The translations under genes and the position numbers were made by a program. The notes under the pieces were generated by a model. That model had not been told where the DNA came from. It saw nothing but the letters and a program-made list of their open reading frames with translations, and did not search any database. From assembly GCA_038496445.1 (NCBI GenBank), contig JALMLS010000514.1, positions 124,001 to 188,000 on the forward strand: 64,000 nucleotides of DNA, written 5' to 3'. Below are positions 54,306-64,000 of the stretch, piece by piece. The stretch's first letter is position 1. The number at the start of each line of letters is the position of its first letter. Source of the DNA: Trichosphaerium sp. ATCC 40318 (Eukaryota; Protista; Tubulinea).

Positions 54306-54632
54306 ATGTTCAAAGCAGAAATAGCATCCTTGACTACCAGACTCGAGTATGAGTGCAGACGCATCTTCAAAATAGCTAAGAAGGAAGCAAAGTATATTAT
54401 AGCTGATGCTAAAACGGAAGCCCAGTGCATTATTGATGACGCTAAAGACTGTGCTGTTGAAATCATAGCTGAAGCTCAAGTTGAAGCTGAAAACCTTCGT
54501 GATACGCTGAACGACGCTCGTATTGATATGTTAGAACAAGTACATGGCGCTAAAAGCAAAGAATCGGAATTACAAATCTCAATCATCGATACAGCCCTCA
54601 AAGACTTTGATTTCTATGGTACGTGCGCTTAA
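54306..54632 (+). CDS. Short coiled-coil protein with 11-residue Ala-rich periodicity
   Basis: IAKKEAKYIIA/DAKTEAQCIID/DAKDCAVEIIA/EAQVEAENL hendecad repeats. Confidence 0.45.
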   Translation: MFKAEIASLTTRLEYECRRIFKIAKKEAKYIIADAKTEAQCIIDDAKDCAVEIIAEAQVEAENLRDTLNDARIDMLEQVHGAKSKESELQISIIDTALKDFDFYGTCA

Positions 54633-54685
54633 AACATTTGATCTTGTGCTTTATACAATAATACTGACGTTTTACAAAGCTACAA

Positions 54686-55780
54686 ATGCGATAACACCTC
54701 CACTTCTTCAATTACCTCCAGAACTTCAACAAAAGATCGCCGCTTACGATAGAGATGTTTTCACAAAGTATCATACCCTTTCAAGAACAGCAGCTACAGT
54801 GACTCACTATGATTCTAAATTAAGACGTCATGGCACGTGGTACAAGTGGTACAACAAGAACGGTAAAATATGTATCAAACAACATTTCAACAATGGTCGG
54901 AGAAATGGCGAAACATCTCGATGGTACTCTGATGGACAGTTGCATTATACGAGTGTATTTGTTAATAATAAGAAAAATGGCCTTTGTGAATCTTGGTTTC
55001 CAAATGGTGTGAAAGAGTTTGAGATTGAGTTCAAGAACGGAAAACGAAACGGCTTAACAAAAGAGAACCATAAAAATGGAACCTTGGCTTTCCGTTTCAC
55101 CTCAAAGAACGGTGTCAAGCAAGGAGAAGCCAACAAGTGGCACAAAAATGGAACAATGTCTTGTAAGGCATTTTGGAAAGATGGTAAACTTGAAGGACCG
55201 TGGATTGAGTGGTATGAGAATGGCAACATTAAACTCCAAAGTCAGTACAAAGATAATAAGAAGACAGGATTATATACAGAGTGGTTTAATAATGGACAAG
55301 TGAAGATAAACTGTAGCTTTTTTAATGGTAAGAAAGAGAAGCATTTCAGAAAGTATTATAAAAACGGACAGATTGCCATTGAGACTCATAAAAAAGATGG
55401 TAAAACAGATGGAGAGTTCAAAGAGTGGTATAATTCTGGCCAATTAAATGTTCACTGCCATTTTATTAATAATAAGCGAGAAGGTCCTTTCAAACAATGG
55501 TATCAAAGTGGACAAATCTACAAAGAGGGTATTATGAAGGATGATCACTTTGAAGGGTTTATAAGGTTCTGGTATCCGAATGGAAGAGTTAGAAAAGAAG
55601 TAGTGCAACATGATAACAAGTTAGATGGTGTTAAAAGACTGTGGTATGACAATGGCCAATAAAAGAGCACTCAAATTATAAACAGGGTGTAGTTGATGGA
55701 GAATTTAAAAAGTGGAATGATGATGGTACATTGATAGAGCATTACATTACAAAAGAAGGAAAGATAACTAAAACATTATA
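54686..55780 (+). CDS. Intronless F-box-like + MORN-variant repeat protein (start and 3' end show frameshifts)
   Basis: 'LLQLPPELQQKIAAYD' then about 13 MORN-variant units. The repeat frame resumes after the stop at 55662 with a 1-nt shift and ends at 55780. Confidence 0.8.
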
Positions 55781-56028
55781 AAAAAATACAATGGTAATTG
55801 TTTTTATTCCTAAGTTGTTGTTGTAATACTTCAACCATTGCAAGATCATAATAGTGATAGGCGTTACCTCTATCAACCAGTGAGCAACCGTTACAGCATT
55901 CAATCGTTGTCTGACAATAACACTGGCCAGCGTGTACACCACTGTAGATGAAGGTGTGTTCGAACATTGTAATCTTGTCTGGCTTGGTAACTACTACAGG
56001 TTCAAGGTCACAGTGTATACAATCTTCA

Positions 56029-56100
56029 AAGATGGCAATAGGTTCTGGTATGAGAATCTATCATATCTTGGTAACATTCCATGCGTCAGTGCAAGCTGGC
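56029..56100 (+). pseudogene. Captured fragment of the peroxidase gene
   Basis: gatggcaataggttctggtatgagaatcta..tcttggtaacat closely matches 47875-47922 ([10 protein letters not shown]). Confidence 0.75.
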
Positions 56101-56179
56101 TTTGATACGCATTATTGGGTAACTGTGCTCAGAGGAAAACTTTGCATTTAGCATTAAATTCATGTAAGTATTATTTTAT

Positions 56180-57398
56180 TTACAAAATACGCCTTGGTAC
56201 TTTGACAAGGACAGAATCTCCTTCACTATGTAACCAAATTATAGGATAGAAACAACTAGCAACTTCTGAAACGTTACATGTAAGTTCGTTTTCAACAACA
56301 CCATCAAAGATAGCAGTAAGTGTTTCTTTCTCTGTATCTAGAACAACTCCAATTGTTGCTGATGGAATCGTTATGGATTTACCATACTTGCCTCCACAAA
56401 GAACGGTTATGTTATTACCAGCTAGGCGCAGACCAGCAAAGTCTGAAACAAGACATTAGAATTAAGTACAAGGCGAAGCTTTCACAGAAACATACCGCTT
56501 ACAAATCCGAGATCACTGTTCAGACTGATGGCTCCTGAGCCAAAACCTATACCCAAACCCCAATCACATGCTTTTATGGTATATTCAAACAGCCATTTAC
56601 CCTCGTATGCTGGGAATTCACCTTTAAAAAAATCAACATAATTTTTTGTTGAGAGAAACAGTTTAGGTACGCAATAGTAACTTCGTTGGAGCGAGTGTAC
56701 TTGTTATCAACTTTGGCCATTTAGAATCAATAATGTATTCAGAATTAAAACTATAAAAAAAGAAGGTATCAGGATGAAAGAACAACATACTATCCGAAAA
56801 AAAATAGGTCGACAGAATTTCTCGCACTAATGCAGCAACAAGAAAGCTAACACAACGGCGAGAAAATTGGCAGGTTTTAAACAATATCACGTGTTTTTTT
56901 CAGAAAGCCGAATTGCACAACACGTGCCATGGCACAAAAACCATTAGGTTTCACAAAAAAAACCAAATGAAATCCCCTATTTCTTTTCTTTTGAGCCAAA
57001 ACTCTAAATTGTAACCATGAAAGGTGCGTACTAGTAGTCTACACCAGCGTATAGTTGCTTAAATCGTTGTTTCTTGTCTGTAAACTGAGAACCATCAACA
57101 TCTCGTTCTCCTGGCAAGAATAGCTCGTTTTGAATCAAATCAGTCCATAAACGAGGAGAATCTGTTGTAGAGCTCCAAAGTTTGCACACAAGGCTTGATT
57201 TTACCAAACTAAGCGAATCCAGAAAGCTAAAGGTATGATAAAGCAGCTCTGGAGGTAAATGAAAGTTGAAACAAGATTTTGAGGTCTTTCTTTCTAAAAC
57301 GGTTGTCAAACAAAGCTGAAACAACCCACTGAACTCAAAATTAAGCGTAGCGTACTTTTCTTGCGTGATTTCCTGGCTTGGTTTGATGTGCCCCACAT
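56180..57398 (-). CDS. F-box + SPRY domain protein, copy 1
   Basis: HLPPELLYHTFSFLDSLSLVKSSLVCKLW F-box; SPRY-like 'WGLGIGF', 'TIGVVLDTEKETL', 'CFYPIIWLHSEGDSV'. Confidence 0.8.
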
Positions 57399-57601
57399 CG
57401 TGTCAAACTTCTTTATTGTACCAAAACAAAACAATAGGTGTAAGAGATTTGATCCAGCGGATACCAGCAATCAGCTGTCGCATAGAGACAACTTAACTAC
57501 TGAATGTTTAAGTACGGAAATCTCGTTAGAAATTAGTTACGTTACAAATTAACAACACGTGTTCTTAATATCTGCACAACACAATCAATAGACGATTATT
57601 A

Positions 57602-58309
57602 ATGTCAACAACTCACCATATTATGGATATCCCACCTTTTTTAAACCTTCCAATGGAGCTACACCTGGAATGTATGGATCTGAGCAGAGAATTCTACTAC
57701 AAGTTTCCTCTACTCTCAAAACGTACAGCAATCACTCGATTTGATACTGACTTCAATAAACACGGTACCTGGATACGATTCGGTAACGGTAAATCTAAAA
57801 CTATATCTCATTGGAAAAACGGAGCACGTGATGGGGAATACAAAGAGTTTTACAAAACAGGCCAAATCAATGTTTCTTGTGTTTATCGTGATGATAAGTT
57901 GGAAGGAGAAAGAAAGTCATGGTATGAGACAGGACAGTTGAGAGTAAGAAGCCATTACAAGTCTGGAAAGAAGGACGGCAGCTACACGGTTTGGTACTCA
58001 AACGGGCAATTAAACTGTCAATGTTTTTATAAAGACGGAAAGGAGCATGGACCAAACACTGTTTGGTTTAAACATGAATCAACTAGTACTAGAGTTTATC
58101 TCCAATGTAGATACAACCATGGTATTGCAGATGGAGAAATGAAGGTATGGTATGAGAACGGACAGCTGAGGGAGTTGAGGTATTATAAGAATGGTAAAAA
58201 AGAGGGTAAACATCAAACTTGGTATAGTAATGGAATGCTACATGAAAATCATACATACTCCAATGGACAATTGATTAATTCTTTAACCAAACTATCCACC
58301 AAAAGATAA
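57602..58309 (+). CDS. Intronless F-box-like + MORN-variant repeat protein
   Basis: 'FLNLPMELHLECMDL..LLSKR' N-terminus homologous to the 54686 gene, then about 7 MORN-variant units. Confidence 0.85.
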   Translation: MSTTHHIMDIPPFLNLPMELHLECMDLSREFYYKFPLLSKRTAITRFDTDFNKHGTWIRFGNGKSKTISHWKNGARDGEYKEFYKTGQINVSCVYRDDKLEGERKSWYETGQLRVRSHYKSGKKDGSYTVWYSNGQLNCQCFYKDGKEHGPNTVWFKHESTSTRVYLQCRYNHGIADGEMKVWYENGQLRELRYYKNGKKEGKHQTWYSNGMLHENHTYSNGQLINSLTKLSTKR

Positions 58310-58517
58310 CATCCAAGACGACCTTAACTTCTACAGTCTATGTTGTTGTACGAAAGTAAATATCTGAGTACATGTTGTTTACATTGGTTTTGAAGCAATT
58401 CAAACTGTTTTGATCATCCTAAGATTGTAATACGTCTGGCAGTACTAATTTATTTTAATGTAACAAATACAACAGTACCTTGCAAGCTTTATCAAGGTCT
58501 GTTGTATACTATTTATA

Positions 58518-59723
58518 CTAACAGCTATTGTCATTTATACAACGTAAAAACCTAATTATGTCATTTCTCCAAAAATAGAAATATACATTGATTGTATCAG
58601 AAAAGACTGTTTTGACTGGTCTCTTGTAACTACTTGACACCGAGATATTGTTCTCGCCAATTCCAAAAAATTGTATTGCTTTCAGCATTGTATCACCTTC
58701 TTCTATAAATTTGTAGACAACTGCTCGAGATTTGGTAAATAAAATCATAGCTCCATTGTTGTAACATGAAAATACTTCATTGCACATACAACCAGCTTGT
58801 TTTAGTATTTGACCTGTTCTCCAATTTACAATAGCAATCCCGTATGTTCGCTTGACAATCACGTGATCATTGTCAATACTTTGTATAAGCTGTATAGTAT
58901 TTTCCTTGAACTCTATGATGCGACCAGGTACATTCTTTGTCCATACAATCAGTTTATTGGTAGAACCTGAAATAACTACATCTTCATCGACACTAAGAAG
59001 AGCTGAAACAACTTCAAATGACTTTAAAACACCTCTTGGAGCTTTATATCTATGTGTTAAACAATCTGGCTTGTCACCCAATGTATACGTACACCAATGA
59101 ACACGTCCCATGACAAAATCAACTTTTGTAACTTCTTTGTTTGAAACTTCTTCATCATACTCCTCACCGTCACTTACTACACCTTTTTCTTTATATACTC
59201 GCTCAACACAAAAAACTGATTCATAGCTTCGAGTACCTTCAGAATCATAATGCTGTTCGCCAGTAGAGATATTAAAAATGGAGTACTTTGGCTTGTAGAA
59301 ATTGCCAGGACAATATTTGTAAACTACCAAAACATAATCTCCTGCCAAGAAGAAAACATCTCTATGAAGCTCCACCGACTTTGTTCTATCTTCTGTAATC
59401 ATGTTTATAAACGTTAGCTTGTTTTTATTGACTGAAAGACGAAAAAACGCCAAAAAGATAGATTTTCTTGTGTAACCTCCACACGTGTACATATCGTCTG
59501 ATATAAACTTACAGAGCGTAAAAGTAGGCTTTTCAAGTGTTGGAAGATCTATTGGAATGCTTACAGGCTTTTTAAATAATTTATCGTTGCTATCGTCTCC
59601 TTTCATTATGAGACGTATTATTAATGCGTTTACAGCTTTGCTTGTAATCCTTGAAGATATTTGATCGTCTATGCTCAAGAACTTTAAGATATGCTCTATA
59701 ACTTCCAAAGGTAACACAGACAT
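58518..59723 (-). CDS. Intronless F-box/beta-propeller-like protein (paralog B)
   Basis: Collinear homolog of 10804..12012 over the full length. Confidence 0.85.
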   Translation of the reverse strand: MSVLPLEVIEHILKFLSIDDQISSRITSKAVNALIIRLIMKGDDSNDKLFKKPVSIPIDLPTLEKPTFTLCKFISDDMYTCGGYTRKSIFLAFFRLSVNKNKLTFINMITEDRTKSVELHRDVFFLAGDYVLVVYKYCPGNFYKPKYSIFNISTGEQHYDSEGTRSYESVFCVERVYKEKGVVSDGEEYDEEVSNKEVTKVDFVMGRVHWCTYTLGDKPDCLTHRYKAPRGVLKSFEVVSALLSVDEDVVISGSTNKLIVWTKNVPGRIIEFKENTIQLIQSIDNDHVIVKRTYGIAIVNWRTGQILKQAGCMCNEVFSCYNNGAMILFTKSRAVVYKFIEEGDTMLKAIQFFGIGENNISVSSSYKRPVKTVFSDTINVYFYFWRNDIIRFLRCINDNSC

Positions 59724-59936
59724 GCTTTGCGTTGTACAGGTAAAGATGCGTTACTGAAATTCTATGACTTTTCAAAGGCACTCTCATCACGTGATTCCAC
59801 AAGCTGTTTGAACTTTTTAGTGTTTATATCTGTGCCGCAAGTAGAGCCAAGATACATATAATGGGCTTATTTAAGCTGCAGAACGCCTTGTCTTGATATC
59901 TCTTAGTAATGTAAATGTCACATGTAATCACGTTGT

Positions 59937-62080
59937 TAGAGTTCAGTTTGACGACTCCCGCCTCAACCATTGCATCTAAACGGTGTCACCATTTTCATAT
60001 GGACGGCGTTGTGTTCGAAGGCTGTCTCAAAGCTAATTCCTGACTATTCTGTAAGCTTTTATTGCTACTGAAACCAGGAGGAATTTAGTACTGTTTTACT
60101 GCTATTTCTGAGACGAAACGTGATATGGTTACACCGTTTACAGGAGAAGAACAAAGAAAGCCAACCAGCATCTGAGATGGGTTATACTAAAATGTCGAAA
60201 AAAACGTCAAACAAATGTCGAAGTGATATTGAACTGTTCGCCACAAAGGGATACAACTGGGTTATGGCCCTCAGTCGCTAGGCCCTGCCCCCCCCAACCC
60301 CACTAAAAGGGGTGGCTTCTAAATAGTTCCTATGACATAATATAGGATAATTAGTATGCCGAATTTTTGACTTTTTTTTGACAAAGTTCTACATATTTGT
60401 GTTACTGAGATGGAGTAGAAATCACTGGTCAAGGTGTAAATTCTACCAATGCACTGATACTGAACATGTGTCTCAACATTTAGAGTTGTACACTCTTGAT
60501 AGTGGTTTGGTAACGTATCGTAGTTTTCTAACAACTCAAAACCATGCACAACTCCTTTCAATTGTTATGCTTCTAGTGATTTAACAACTGTTGCACGTGT
60601 ACCAAACCGGTTCTATAGTGCTTGGTTACGTAATGTAAAACCTTTCGTCCCGCAGTATCTTCACAACAAACTGTACAGTAAATTGTATTTAGGTGGATCT
60701 ATGTGGCTACGTACCAAAAAAACGCTGAGAACTGATACGGATCAAACTCACATTATTGATCCTTTTCGAGTATTCTCTTTATCAAGCTAAAGAGTATTAG
60801 TACTATTAAACGCCAAAATAGCATCTTAACAGTAAGGGCTAAAACGGAAAAAAAATTATAAATCGTTTAGTTGCACGTTTTCCGAACCAAAACATTACCG
60901 CAACAGTACTCAACATACAAAAATAGCTAGCACAAGGTTTCGAAGTTTTGAAATGTACATTATCCATATTTGAGTATTTTAAGTGGATATTTCAGTGAAG
61001 TGTACGAGCAATTGCACAACAACCTTAAAACGGAAGATATCAGTTAGTGTCACGTTTTTTGAACCAAAACATCGCTGATAAGGTTTCTACATGTGTAAAT
61101 AGCTATCACAAGCCTTTAGGAGCGTTTCGAAATGTGCATTATCCATATTTGAGTAATTACAATAGAATTTTCAGTGAAGTGCACTCTGTATCCCACAATT
61201 TATTTCTGAGAGGTTTTTATGGGTATAAAATGAAACGAAAATAGTTGTTAAATTGTAGTAGTTGCAGTGTGTGCACCACGCGTGGGGCTTCCTAGCCATT
61301 TGGTTGAAAATATTTAAGGGAGTCCTCCGTCTAGCTTAGTGGGTGTATGCATTGCGAGGTGGAATTGTCAAAGTTCCATCTTAATCCGACGTAGTGTGAA
61401 AGCTTGAATCGTTACATTAGCCAGCATGTCCTCGTAAGTAGCACGTAATTAACTTAGGAACTCGGTCTGGGCCAAGAAAATTATAAGGTCCGATACAGAG
61501 GTGAGTTCTGCCGTTAGGGAAAAGCTCTATATAAACCTTGATTAGGCGCTGCATAGCAACCTATGATCGTTCTTTTTGTTGCTTGACCATCATATTCAAT
61601 GACACTTTTAGTAAACGCCTCACATACTCTGACTATTTAGGTGTTTTTTGCTTTAAGATATACGGTAAAGAGACAACGGTTCACTGTTGATTTGTCTTGA
61701 TCGTTTTAACACCAGGTATCACTAAAGAGATAAGGGCTACTTAGTAATACCATTCCTATTTTAAGGCTTGTTAACAATTCATCTTGTGGTAGTGTACAAA
61801 CTAAGCAAAAAATAATTCTCTACTTTGTTAAGGCGTCTTACTTCAATGTTAGGCACCTTTTGTAATGTCAACTTGAATCAAACTTGTACGTGTTGCAATA
61901 CCACGTACCACTACCAACCAGTAGCAAACGTGACTGTACTATTACTACCATCAAATAAACTACCTCACAAGGACGCAATGGAATATTAAATTGCATTTTT
62001 AATACAAATTAGCTTGACGTTTTGAAATTGGTGAGACATTCTACAATAGTTGAGGGTGGGAGTTGTCAAACTGAACTCTA
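59937..62080. mobile_element. ~2.1-kb non-autonomous TIR element carrying the dispersed repeat
   Basis: tagagttcagtttgacgactcccgcctcaaccattg (59937) is the inverted match of caatagttgagggtgggagttgtcaaactgaactcta (ends 62080). Similarity extends to about 60 bp; TA at both outer ends. Confidence 0.6.
60804..61702 (+). mobile_element. Dispersed repeat, copy 2 (inverted relative to 12316..13185)
   Basis: Reverse-complement match to copy 1; hairpin gcaccacgcgtggggc followed by ttcCTAG at ~61273-61295. Confidence 0.75.
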
Positions 62081-62249
62081 AGCATGGTGGAGCATCTGTA
62101 GCTTGAAAAGTAAACTCTGCTTATAACAACTCCCTTACAATTTTACCTCGCAGAGTGTATAACAACTTACACAGCACATGAATGGTGCAAGTAAGTCAAA
62201 ATGCTTCTTTTCATTGTTTTGTTTTGATTCAAAAAAGAAGTTTGACACG

Positions 62250-63356
62250 ATGTGGGGCACATCAAACCAAACCAAGAAATCACGCAAAAAACGTACGCTA
62301 CGCTTTATTTTGAGTTCAGTGGGTTGTTTCAGCTTTTGTTTGACAGCCGTTTAGATAGAAAGACCTCAAAATCTTGTTTCAACTTTCATTTACCTCCAGA
62401 GCTGCTTTATCATACCTTTGGCTTTCTGGATTCGCTTAGTTTGGTAAAATCAAGCCTTGTGTGCAAACTTTGGAGCTCTACAACAGATTCTCTCGTTTAT
62501 GGAGTGATTTGATTCAAAACGAGCTATTCTTGCCAGGAGAACGAGATGTTGATGATTCTCAGTTTACAGACAAGAAACAACGATTTAAGCAACTATACGC
62601 TGATTTAGACTACTAGTACGTGTCTGCTATCGTTAATTGAAGTTTCGACAATAGCCAGAACAGCATCAGCGAAATGAATCATTTGGTTTTTTTGAGAAAG
62701 TTATGATTTTTCTGTCATGGCACGTGTTTGTGCATAAAAACAATTGGTTTAGGTAAACTGATTCTCATAGCCTTTTTAACTCAGAGTACACTATCGATAA
62801 TAAATGGCCAAAGTTGATAACAAGTACACTCGCTCCAACAAAGTTACTATTGGGTACCTAATTGAACCTTTTCGTTTTACATTTAGTGATTTGTTTTTTG
62901 ATTTGTTGGCTTTTTTAAAGGTGAATTCCCAGTATACGAGGGTAAATGGCTGTTTGAATATACCATAAAATCATGTGATTGGGGAGTGGGTATAGGTTTT
63001 GCTTCAAGAGTCATTTGTCTAAATGGTGATCTTTCATTTAATCCAGGTAAAGCTTGTTGAAAACAAACTTGTCGCATACTTATACTGTGTCAGACTTTGC
63101 TGGTCTGCACCTAGCTGGTGATAATATAACCGTTCTTTGCGGAGGCAAGTATGGTAAATCAATAACGATTCCATCAGCAACAATTGGAGTTGTTCTAGAT
63201 ACAGAGAAAGAAACACTTACTGCTATCTTTGATGGTGTCGTCTACAATGAACTTACATGTAGTGTTTCAGACATTGCTAGTTGTTTCTTTCCCTTAATTT
63301 GGTTACATAGCAAAGGTGATTCTGTTCTAGTTAAAGTACCAAGGCGTATTTCGTAA
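62250..63356 (+). CDS. F-box + SPRY domain protein, copy 2 (inverted duplicate; 1-nt shift near 62490)
   Basis: Exons nearly identical to 56180..57398 in reverse orientation; introns diverged. Confidence 0.75.
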
Positions 63357-63566
63357 ATAAAACTGATAAGATTAAAGTTTGAATAGTTTTGCTTCTCAAT
63401 CTTAGCTCATATCTTCGCCACTGTTAATCGTAGCAAGGTTATAATTATGCATGCATTTTGTTTGCGTTCATTTTGAATGAGTATGTGCTATGGCGGCAGG
63501 GTTTTTCTTAAAGGACAAATGTTATCTAGCTAATTTTCTTTATTGTTTTGTTTTTCCCACGACTAA

Positions 63567-64000
63567 TTATTGGCACTTGCTTTTTCATCAAGACGTGCTT
63601 TGAGTTGTATGTTCTCATCTTTTAAATCCTGTATCTCCTGTTGCAATGCAACTAAACTTGTGTCGATGCCATCAAGACCAAGGTTTTTGTCAGGTTGAGC
63701 ACTAAAAAAACCACGAAGTCAATCAATTGCGTTTTGAATTGGTAACATACAGTTTCTCTTTGATTGGTTTGTCATTTCCTGAGAATATCACATACAGTTT
63801 AGGTACAAACATGACAGCAAGAATAGCTATAATTAGAGTCAACTATACGTTTTAGAGGTGAAGAGGGTACCTGTTGCACCGAACCAAATAGCTGATGAGA
63901 AGATTATACTAATTGTTTTTAGTTGACCTGCTGAATGCGAATCTACTGTGTATCCAAATACTACAAGAAGGAATGCCCATAGAACAGTACTGTATATTGT
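63567..64000 (-). CDS. 3' end of a further class C GPCR related to the tandem pair (partial)
   Basis: IYSTVLWAFLLVVFGY..QLKTISIIFSSAIWFGATG..VMFVPKL and a coiled-coil tail. Confidence 0.75.

Noticed and set aside
54544-54685. Overlap of the 372-aa ORF with the upstream coiled-coil ORF as a real overlapping gene pair
   Set aside because: Paralog 57602 indicates the true start is near 54686; the upstream extension is probably fortuitous.
53700-59723. Intact endogenous giant virus
   Set aside because: No NCLDV hallmark genes (capsid, PolB, A32, VLTF3) in the window, and the region is interleaved with intron-containing genes.

Overview
AT-rich, gene-dense, intron-rich eukaryotic DNA using the standard code, with short introns (GTACGT/GTAAGT donors, CTAAC/CTGAC-like branch points). 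The gene content (class C GPCRs, WRKY domain, peroxinectin-like peroxidase, RhoGEF) fits a free-living amoeboid protist; this is inference. Core genes: aldehyde dehydrogenase, a SIRT6/7-type sirtuin, DH-PH RhoGEF, long-chain acyl-CoA synthetase, heme peroxidase and a Reeler protein. They are interleaved with fast-evolving families: five MORN-variant repeat genes, about eight F-box-type adaptors with different C-terminal modules, four class C GPCRs with unusual ectodomains, LRR remnants and several non-autonomous repeats. Most notable observations: (1) at least six introns are best explained by GC-AG splicing, five with a GCACGTG donor, against a roughly 8-fold window-wide excess of CACGTG; (2) the sirtuin has Phe at the catalytic His position and a new His in the QNxD motif; (3) MORN-variant repeats carry either mitochondrial-like presequences or F-box-like N-termini; (4) the WRKY domain has WHQTGRK in place of WRKYGQK. 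Several frameshifts lie in homopolymers and may be assembly errors. Exon boundaries were read by eye.
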